From the IMG/VR virus record IMGVR_UViG_3300017774_002380, positions 1-61,462 of that record: a DNA stretch of 61,462 nt; one strand, 5' to 3'. Below are positions 35,729-45,800 of the stretch, in pieces. Made by a program: the position numbers and the translations under genes. Under the pieces are notes generated by a model. The model was not told the DNA's origin. It worked only from the letters and a program-made list of their open reading frames with translations, and searched no databases. The stretch comes from a virus (Duplodnaviria > Caudoviricetes). Within the stretch, counting starts at the first letter, position 1, and each line of letters begins with the position of its first letter.

Positions 35729-35774
35729 TACCTATCTTTAAAGAAATTTTACTCTGTTAAATGCCGATTTTGGC

Positions 35775-35810
35775 AAAAAATTGGGGGAGAGACTTTCGCC
35801 TCTCCCCCTT
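35775..35810 (-). terminator. Rho-independent terminator closing the late operon
   Basis: GGGGGAGAGGC-GAAA-GTCTCTCCCCC followed by AATTTTTT. Confidence 0.8.
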
Positions 35811-35848
35811 GTTTGCCCACAGGGCAGTTAGCCCATTGCCCGTGCTTA

Positions 35849-36127
35849 TTAAGCGTCAGGCTGCACCACTTGCAAGTCTGGATTTGCGTTCTCCTCGCTC
35901 GCCTTCTGAGCCTGCTCGTCAGGTTGCTCAGCAGTGTCTTTTGCAGTCAGTTTTTCAAGCAGCGCCACAGCGACCATCAGGCGCATGGAATGCAACTTGG
36001 TCTGCAGCAAAATGTCTTCAAAGACTGCTTCGGGAGTTACTTCGTCCATGTTGATTTGTCCCAAAACAGATTGGACAAGTTCTTCTGGAGTTTTGGGTTG
36101 TTCGTTGGTTTGGTTTTCTTCGCTCAT
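35849..36127 (-). CDS. Acidic hypothetical protein
   Basis: 92 aa, ATGA overlap. Confidence 0.7.
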   Translation of the reverse strand: MSEENQTNEQPKTPEELVQSVLGQINMDEVTPEAVFEDILLQTKLHSMRLMVAVALLEKLTAKDTAEQPDEQAQKASEENANPDLQVVQPDA

Positions 36128-36270
36128 TCTTGTTCTTTCGTTTTAAGAGACTCGGTAATTTCAATTTGCTCGCGCAAACGCGCTTCGCGCATCATGCGTA
36201 GTTGTTCTTTCAAGAAATGTTCTTCTGGAGTTAGAACAATTCCTTCTTGATTAGTGGTTTCTTCACTCAT
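36124..36270 (-). CDS. Small hypothetical protein (48 aa)
   Basis: Read by hand: MSEETTNQEGIVLTPEEHFLKEQLRMMREARLREQIEITESLKTKEQE. Confidence 0.65.
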   Translation of the reverse strand: MSEETTNQEGIVLTPEEHFLKEQLRMMREARLREQIEITESLKTKEQE

Positions 36271-36283
36271 GGGTTTAGTTTGT

Positions 36284-36547
36284 TTATTTTTCTAGGGAAT
36301 CTCGCTCAACAAGCATCGCCGTAGCCAATTCGTATGCCTTGCGGGATACGGCTTCGTCCGAATAGTTGTCCTTGAAAATGCCAGCAAGCAAACCCTGCAT
36401 TGCCATTCCCGCGAGCCAATCACGGATAGCCATGCCGCTGTTGGGCCTGATAGCTGGAATCTTCCCGTCTCCCGCGAAAGCGTTGACAGGGAATGCTGGA
36501 TGGTTGTTAAGGCGAGCCATATCTATTGATGTCGTTGATGCGTTCAT
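36284..36547 (-). CDS. Conserved phage hypothetical protein
   Basis: PAFP...GMAIRDWLAGMAMQGLL...AYELATAML..R pattern. Confidence 0.85.
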   Translation of the reverse strand: MNASTTSIDMARLNNHPAFPVNAFAGDGKIPAIRPNSGMAIRDWLAGMAMQGLLAGIFKDNYSDEAVSRKAYELATAMLVERDSLEK

Positions 36548-36601
36548 AAATTTATTTATAGGATTCGACGCTATGCCCTCGCGAGCATCAGCGCAAGAAA
36601 A

Positions 36602-36673
36602 TAGCGGGGAGAGGAATTGAACCTCTGACCTCTTGGTTATGGGCCAAGCGAGCTACCACTGCTCCACCCCGCA
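36602..36673 (-). tRNA. tRNA-Met(CAT), initiator-like
   Basis: Cloverleaf TGCGGGG-TG-GAGC AGTGGTA GCTC-G-CTTGG CCCATAA CCAAG-AGGTC-AGAGG TTCAATT CCTCT-CCCCGCT-A. Has a 1:72 mismatch and A11:U24. CCA is not encoded. Confidence 0.92.
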
Positions 36674-36692
36674 AAGTGTTATTTAGGGACTT

Positions 36693-36875
36693 TCATTCTT
36701 CTACCCCTACGGCTTCCGCCAGTTTTTCGATGTTACCGTTGTCTAGCTCGTAAGCTAGAGTGACAACATCCCCCTCGTCGGTTGTACTCGGATCGTAGTA
36801 GATCTCGCCGCCAATGTACGGGACTGCCTCCCAACCATCGGGTTGCTCGTCCCATTCTGAAAGCAGGATGTCCAT
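36693..36875 (-). CDS. Small acidic protein (60 aa)
   Basis: TAATG overlap with the stop of the giant gene. Confidence 0.7.
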   Translation of the reverse strand: MDILLSEWDEQPDGWEAVPYIGGEIYYDPSTTDEGDVVTLAYELDNGNIEKLAEAVGVEE

Positions 36876-39800
36876 TAAGGTATCTTAATCTCTGGAAGAG
36901 GGGTTTTCAACATTGAACCGACAACATCATTGTCAGTCACAGGCTTGCCTTTCTTGGCATTGGCAGCAAGTTTTTTATGCTGCTTCTCATAGTTCGGGAA
37001 GAGCTTCCTAAGATGTGTCGGAGTCTTAATCAGGAAGTTATTGCCGTTAGCAGGCCCAAGCATGACCCAAGGGTAGGAGGGGTGGATTTTGAACTTGGGA
37101 TTCTTCAGAAGTTTATCCCGCATCTTTTTCTCCGCTGGAGTCATGGCGGCTTCCTGTTTTGGATTTTTGCCAAAGTAAAGGGCGAAAGCCTGAGGATTTG
37201 CAGATAGCTGGATTATTGCCACGGCTTGCCCCGTTGTGGCATTGATCATGTCTTCGGAGTCCTGCAGGGCATTGACCACATTCGGAAGGTCAGGAATGCC
37301 AGAAACTGACTTAGTAGCCTCGCCCCTTGCCGTGAATGAGTACCCCAAAAACTCCTGCAGGAAGTTTTTGTTCGATCCCAACTTCAAGAGGCGCTTAAAC
37401 CACGGTTTGTTCTTGTGCTCATTGTAGACCCTCAGCGCTTCTTTTTTGGCGGTAGCCAGCAGTTGGGGATCATTCTTGGAAACGCGATTCTTGATCGGAG
37501 TTAACGCTCTGTTGAAGGCAATGATTGCGTCTTCTTCAGGCGTATTCACAGGGGCAGGAATCGGATCTTCGCCTTTCTCGGCGCGTATCCTGTTCTTTGC
37601 CCCACGTCTTGTGGCGGCTTTGATCTTTTGCGCTCTTAGGTTTCCAACCTCCAAAAGTACGTGAGCCAAGTCTTTTACCCAAGGTTCCAATTTCCCTGCT
37701 TTGTCAAAGGCATCAACTTCTTTGATGTAGTCCGTACCGAAAGCAATGTTGGATCGGTGAGCATCATCCGCCATGATTTGCACGATGTGGTATCCATCGT
37801 CTACGTTGGGTAGCCTATTACGCATTCCGTTCACTGGCCCAAGCCCAAGGTTGCCCCAAACTGGCTTATATAGAATGCCATCTGGCCCCATCACGGTTTC
37901 CTGATTGGACTTGAGGAATTCATGCATCGGGCCACCCATGTCCTTGCCAAGGGTGTGATGCCTGTCTGCCTGCACCATCCCAACGCGCTTGCCGCTGATG
38001 TCGCTCAGATCTTTGACAACAGGGTTAACCACGCGAGTAGGGTCTACTTTTACAAGGATCTCAGTTCCAGTATCGTCAATCAGTCCAGCGTAGAAAAATC
38101 CACGGGCTGGAACCTTCTTCGGAAGTTTGACTACACCTGTCTTTGCAATTGTGAAGTCAGCCACAGGAGGATTCTTGCGCTTCGGAAGAAAGTTCATGTC
38201 TGGATTCTGAACATCAAACCTTTGAGAAATGGGGATGACGCTTCCATCAACATCATAAGTAACGGGATCTGCTCTTTTAACCTGATAGTCGTTAAATAAA
38301 ATATATGAATCTCCCTTACCTTCAAAATCGTTTTTGTATACTAAACCGTCATATCCTTCTTTAATTGCTTTTGCGATTATTGGCCTCCAAGACCCTCCAT
38401 CTTTTACGCGCTTTATATAATTTGCTTTTGCATATAGAGGAATAATTACCCCGTTGTCTTCCTCAACTCCACGTAATTCAAGAACCGTTTTAGCTTGTTG
38501 TTCTGTTCCAATATGAATTCCTTCTGGATTCCATCCTTGACCCGGGGGAGTCATTACATATCCCGCTTGAGGGTGAGTCGATAACCACTCTCTTATTTCT
38601 GGTGATGCGTTCAAATCATCAAATACTCTGAACTGATTGTTTTTATAAGTTCCATGAAATCCTTTGATGTTATATCCAGCATCTTTTGCTGCCTTATCAA
38701 CTATCTTTTGCAACTTGTCCTGATTTGCTTCGGGATCTTCGGCTAACTTCAAATAGTTCGCATCTTGCTTAGGCGTAATTCTTTTCGGAAGGAACCTTGC
38801 ATCTGGAGTCGCTGTTTGCGGGGGGACATATATGTCCCCTTCTAGCGTCCAACCTTCGGGCATTTTTACATCAAAAGGGACTTGGTCTACTCCAAAGCGG
38901 AGGTTCTTGGAGATAGCCTCGGCTGCAACATCACTTATCCTTGGATCTCTTGATTTAGGAGAGCCTTCTACGGGCAGATTCCTTTCGGGCAGGAACCTAA
39001 CGTCAGGATTCTCGCGATTGAATCGCTGACTCAGGGGGATTAGCTTTCCTTCATTATCGTACGTAAATGGCTCGGCAGATTTGATCTGGTTTGGTTCAAA
39101 AGCAATGACGTGATACGTGTCAGGAGTCATTCCCTCCATTTGTCGGCCAAGTTTTCTCTGAGATCCAAATTTGGTGTCCACCGTGTTGTCAATGATCCCA
39201 TCGTATCCAACTTCTTGGAGGATTTGGCGAACAACTTCTCCAACAGCAGAATCTCCATTTTCATCTACAGCGTCTTGAAGGGCTTCGCTATTTTTCAATA
39301 GCTCAACCGCTTTTGAAAGCGGCATCCCATCAAGATCACCGTCTTCAAGCAAACTTCGCACTACCTTTTCCGACGAATCTCCAAAGGTAAATTGTGGAAC
39401 TACATTACGAATTGCCTCAATCATCTTGATGGCGCTTCCTGACTCTGTGTCGGTCTGCTCATCGTAATTGTATTCAAGCCTGCTTTCGTTTTCTCCACCT
39501 AAAATTGCAGGGTTCTCAAGTCGAACATAAGTTCTTAATGTTTGTTGACCTCCGCCAGAAAGCTGTTTTTGGGCAACGGCTTTTGCCAATGAATGCTTTA
39601 TTGAAGTCAAAGAATCAACGGGCAACGATCCATATGGTTCAACTTTAAGCGACCTAAAATCAATTCCGTTTTCTTCTGCAAAGTTCTGAACCTCTTCGAT
39701 TGTTTTAGATTGAACCAACCTGTTGTCAAAAATTTCTTCAGCTTTTCTTTCAATCCTAGAAGTCAAATCTGGCCCCTCGCCTGCGTAATTCTTTTCTGCG

Positions 39801-42800
39801 TCATTTAGGTTTGAAGTAAAATAAAACCCTTTTCCTAAATCATTTTCTACATTGCTGTTGACGGTATCAAATACAGTGAAGTTATGAGTTGTCCCATGAT
39901 ACAGGGTATCGTCAGATCCCCAACCAGATGTTTTGGCTTTTTCATCAATCAACTTCTGAGCTTCTTCTTTTGCCGATTCATCGCCCTTCTTATACTTGGC
40001 CTCTAGATCAGCATAGTTTGCATCCAATTTCTTAGCAGGAAGGTAGCGGATATCAGTTGTATTCTGATTGAAGCGCTGTGAAAGCGGGATGACATTGCCT
40101 TGATCATCTCGCGTTATAGGGTCGGCCAGTTTGATGAGAGATGGATCTCTGACGGATATGGTATCCATCGGCCCCGTGGAGTCCTCCTGAATCATCATTG
40201 CGTCATACTTTTTGAATACAGCGTCCGCCAAAGGTTTATCTTCCCAAATGAGGTATCCTCCCTTCTTCACCAAATCCATTGTGTCTTTTGTTATTTCAGA
40301 TTCGGAATCTACCCCAAGGCGTTTCAAAAGTGCTGGCAAAACATCTCGATAGTCTTCGGCAGGATTAAATATTTTGTCAGTCTTCAAATATGCCCTGACA
40401 AGTCTCGTTCCCATCTCGCGCTCGGCTTCAAGCCAAGTCATTCCATCTAGATTGTCCCTTTCAAATTGCCGTCCAGCTTCAAGATATTCTTGTGCAGCCG
40501 CATCCATTTCTGGAGTGTTTTCACCCCATTTTCTAACATTCGGGCCAAACCTTTCATCTTGTTCAAACAATTGATTGACCAGTTTATTAGATTCTTTCTT
40601 AACTGCTTCAATACGCTGAAGAACTTCATCGCTTGGCTTCCTATTTTTTGCCCAATTTTCAGAAAAATCACGGGACTTACTAAAGAAAATCAGTCCGTCA
40701 GCATACCTTGTGGCCTTGAATTCATTAAACGCTTTCTTAGTTCCATGCCACCAATCCATGACCGTGTAACCAGCCGCTCTTGCTGCATCGTCTACCAACT
40801 GCTGCAGCTTGGTTCGATTCTTTTCTGGTTCTTTGGATAGGTTAAGATATTCGGCATCTAGCTCAGGGGTGATTCTTTGTGGCAGGAACCTTGCATTTGG
40901 ATCGCTTGAGTCTAATCGTTTTTTTTCTTGGGCTTCCAAGGCGCTTGCCTCAAGCCTGTCATCATATCGATCCGTTGGAGTGTATTGCTTTGCCTTTTGT
41001 GCCTGAATCAAAGCATCTTCTCGGTCATAGAATTTTCCCGCCTCATCTACAAATCCATCAGTCATTCCTTCTGGAGAATTCCAACCTTCACCAGAAAAAT
41101 AGTCTGGCTCAGAACCCTTAGGAACTCCCTTAAAAGCAGATGCAGGGAGTTGCTCATATATCAAGGGATGGGCAATGCCAGTATAAATCTTGCCAGTTTT
41201 TTCGTTCCTGATTGCGGCAGAAACAATTCTAAGGGGCTTCTCATCTTCTTTTGTAGACTTCGGGATGCGTTCCATTGAGTCGCTTAACTGAACCTCCCTT
41301 GAAGAATCTTGCATCGTGTACGGAACACGCTCAAACCCGTTACGGGCATACCAATCAAACAATTGATCGGTAGATAGCCCTCCCTCGTCTTGAGGATCAA
41401 CGTCCAGAGTCATCTTGATGCCCTTAGCATCCGCTTCATCCGTGATTTCTTTCAGGACACGCGAGGCCAGCCCCTTTCCACGTTCGGCCTCAGGAGTAGT
41501 GATGAAACTGAGCCTCCACGTATTGTCTGACGATGGCCTGAACTCCAGAGTGACGTTCCCCTCAGGGTAGGTTCGGGCCATGAATCCATTTCCAAAATAG
41601 AACCATCCCTCCTTGCTGACCAAGTCCTCCCATGATTTTTTGGCATCTTCGCCAGTGGTTTCTTTTGCTGCTAACTTAATGCGCTTCGGAAGGAACTTCT
41701 GTTCAACTCCTCCCTCTTCATCCTTTGGAGGCTCAATCGGCTTAACAAGTTTGATGCCCCCTCCCATGTCAGTGACATCATTAAATTCTGGATTTAGAAG
41801 CTGACTCATGGCTTTCGCCTCGTCACGTTCTGCCTGCCTCTCCGTCTTGCCCATCGTCCTCATGTAGAGGGTGTCCATTGTCTCAGGAGAGATATCGACA
41901 AAATCAGACATGACCTGAGCAGCGTTCAGGATGTCGTTGTTCGGGCTATAGCCGGGGTTGTAGCCATCAGGGAATGTTCCTGCGGGAGGATGCACCGCCG
42001 CCATTACGTTAGACATATCCAAAAGCACCTCGTCAATCGGACGCTTCATGCCGCCATCAAAGTTACCCTTGAGCACCATGAACGGATCAACATTGTCTCC
42101 AGTGCGCTTGTCCTTTGCGCTAATATCAGGAAGCGAGGCAGCAAGATCCGAAAACAAGTCCATCATGTAGGACATTGCCGTCTTATTTAGCTCAATATTC
42201 TTCTGAAGGCTTGCCGCCCTCTCTGCCGCTTGCTCAGGAGCCATCCCTTCGACTTGTCCATTTTCAAGTTTTTCGATGAAGCGCCTGTAGAGCCTCATGT
42301 AAACGTCAGGCTCAAAGTCATCCAAAATCCTGCGAGCAATAGTTGTCAGGTGAAAAGACCTGTCAAAACCGCTCATATTAATGATGGGGTTTCCACCGAT
42401 CCGCATATTGACCAGATCCAGCGCCCCCTCCTCAAAGCGGTCTTTACGGCGCAATACATCGTCCTCTGGAAGGTCTTCGGGACGCTCAAACCTCCTAGAA
42501 GGCAGGAACCCTTGTTCTGACTGAGGGTTGTTGGCATCTGTCAGACGGTCTATGGAGTCTACCCACTCAATCCATTGCTGCTCCCCATAACGGCTTTTCA
42601 TTAGGTTCACAATGGCCTCTTTATTATAACCGTATTCAATGGCCTTTTCGCCATTGGCAAAGTTGATGATCCACCGTGTATTGAGAGCGTCATCCAACAA
42701 ATTTTTGCTAGACTCCATATCGCGGAATGACGGAGTTTTTGCATTTTCTCTGGCCTCTTGTTCGTCAAGTTGATCCTCAAGCGAAGGAATCAGGCGCTCA

Positions 42801-45800
42801 AATCCATTTGCTTTCAGGATGTTTTCCCATGCGCCTGCCTCATATCCCTTGCGGTCTGTACCTACAACAGGGGCTTCAATGGCCTCAAATTCATCTATGG
42901 GGAGATTGTTGTCCCGAAACATCTTATCTAGGTCTGCATGGGCCTGTTCAAAAGTTTTAGACGCAGGCTTTGTTAGAAGCTGTGAGTCTTTTGCAGATCC
43001 CCCGTCGAAATACAGGTCAGGAACAAATGCGCCCTTACCGTCAAGCCCCGCCACAACGCGAATCTTGGCTAAAAACTTTCCTTCTATGCCCTTATAGGTT
43101 CCATCAAATTCAACCATAGAAACTGGATCGCCCGAATACCTACTAGGCAAGTATTGCTGTTGTCCTGCAGTATAAAGTTTCTCAGGGGCTTCTTGGTCAA
43201 AAACATTCTGCCGCCCCGCATCAATCTCTCGGCGCGGAAGAAAATTCTTTTTTACCAATCCATAGGATATTGGCAATGGTTCAAATCCGCTTTCAGCCAG
43301 TTCTGCTATATGGTCGATTCGCACTGACATAATAGTGCGGTCAAAATCAAGTCCCTTCGGATCACCCTTCCTGCGGGGAGTTTGCGTTCTATCAGGATTT
43401 GCGCCTTCGGTTTCTTTGTCGAACAAGTTCAGAAAATCATTGAAGATATCTCGCTTCTTTTCGGCTACTTTAGGATCAGCATCTAGTGGCTTTGCTTGGG
43501 CGATTATATTTCCATCAGCATCTTTCTTAACTGATATATTCCCTGATTCATCGTACCCGCTTCCGCGCAAGCCTTTTGACAGGTTATCAAGAAAAGATTG
43601 CGCGAATTGCGTGTAAAACGCCTGTTTGCTCCCCTGCCAAAGTTGCAACCGCAATGGCATTCTTTCTGCCCATGCGTCCAATTTGCCAAACAGCCTTCCC
43701 GCAGAGACTGTAACGACTAACAAATTGCCTGCTTTAGACATCATCAGCCCAATCGGGACTAAATCGTAGATCTTCGGAGAGAATGCCACATATTCTCCCT
43801 TGTCGTTCATCATTGGAGCGTAGTCTATCAAGACCCTTTCTCCTTTTCCGCGACGAATAACATCATTCATCTGCAGAAAATATTCTTTCAAGCGCTTAGG
43901 AATGATTGATTCGGGCAAGTTTTTGATCGCCTCAATCTGCATATCACTCAACGTCCCGCGATATGTTTCGCCGCCTGCTTTAGTAGGATCAAATCTGTTT
44001 GGAGCACCGTAATCAGGCGTATCAAGCGCCTCGTTAATGTATCTTTTGCGTAGCTTTGCCAGCTTTCTCGCCTCAAGTGGGCCTGTCCATTTCGGGCTAC
44101 CATCAGGATTTGTAGCAACGCGCCCCCGAATAGTGATTTTAGATCCCACGGGAAGCCCCGCCGTATTAACTTCAGAGGCAATCGGCCCGTAAGTTTGTCC
44201 AATTGACGCAACGCCAGCATCAGAAACTCCCCACTCCCCTTCATACACCATCAAATCATTGATAATTTGTGGCTCGCCAATGACTTTCCCGTCTGGCCCT
44301 TGGACAACCGCAACAACTTCGCGCTTCACTACTGGCTGCATCCATCCAAATCGCTCCAGAATCCCTCGGTTCTTCGTCTTCGATAGCTCAAGTTTTGTAA
44401 TTTTTGGAGCGGCCTCTCCCTGAATGGGACTGCTTATCTGACCCTGCAAGTCTTCTAATTCTCGCAGCGCCTTATCTGCCATTGCCTGAAGTTCTGGAGA
44501 AAATGTGAGCCTGCTTCCAATGCCATAGCCAGCCAATCCGCTGCGTAGCGTCCGCACCATGTTGCGGAACTCGCCCATTTTAAAGAACGTCAAAGCGTTT
44601 TGTATAACCTGTCTGCGAATGTCTCCCTTAGAATTTCCAAAAAGCCTTGATATCGATCCCCCCGCGAGATCCGACATGATCTCGTCCTGCATATACTTCG
44701 CAACACGGGCTTCATCTAAGCCGTACTTGTTTATTCCCGGCTGCTCTGCAGCAAACCTTGTCATCATGCTTGCAACAAAGTCAGGACTTGCGCCCTCCAA
44801 ATACTTCGTCACAAACATTTCAGTAAGGTCAGCGTCTGAATAAACGCCATCTGTGCTTGCAATGACGTTTCCTTGCGCGTCCTTAAAGTCTTGTCTGAAG
44901 AGTTTCCTTCTTGCTGGTTCTGTAAGATCTCGGAACTCAGGGATGTCTCCCAAAAGGTGTCCTGCCTCATGCGCGAATTCTTCAATTGGCGTTCTTCCCA
45001 AGCTGTTTGCGCGTTTTACTACCTCATCTGCGTTGATAACAATCGACGGCTTCAAGTCATCCATTCGTACGCCAACATTCTGCCGATCTGTAGGAGTCAT
45101 GCCGGGCCTGTACTCCGTAGTTGTCGGAGCATCGTAAAATCCCGTTTGACTCGCTGCCATATCGATTGCCGCCATCACCGAAGGATCGGTCATGGCATTT
45201 GGATATTTTTTAAGCAGATGATTGCGGATTTGCTGTGATGTTAGAATGCGGAGGTTGACGTTATTTTGCCCCTTGGAAGCTCCCCCGTTTGCCAATTCAT
45301 TGAATCTGGCAACTGTTGACATGAATTGTCTTCCGTATTCGTTCTGCGTCTGGACTCCTGCTCGACGCATTCTGTTCGCTGCAACTTCATTTGCTTGAGC
45401 GGCCAATGATGCATCCTTCATCTCTTCTTTCAGGCGCGTCCGTTTTTGCGCTTTTGTCTCAGGGCCAAAATCGCGCCTCAAATATTTTTTGCCATCAGGG
45501 CCAACAAACTCTTGAACCTTAAACTCAGCTTTTGCGGCAGGAGTAGTCTCAGCAGGCTCTTTATCCAGAGCCTCCAATTCTGCTTTTTTCTCGGCATACC
45601 TACGCTTTGCTGCTTCGGCGCTTTGCCTTTGTGCGGCTATGGCCGTTTCCCAACTAGTAAGTTTGCCGTCTAGGGTAGCCCTGTCTTCCGCAGGAAGCGT
45701 TTGCCTGAATTTAAGAATATCAACGTCTTGTTCCCGCCTACGGCGAGACTCTAAAACTGGATCGCTAGTGCCTAAAATTTTATTTTTAACCCTGTTTTGA

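Noticed and set aside
36602-36673. tRNA as an attachment site
   Set aside because: No integrase, no duplicated tRNA 3' end and no host flanks.
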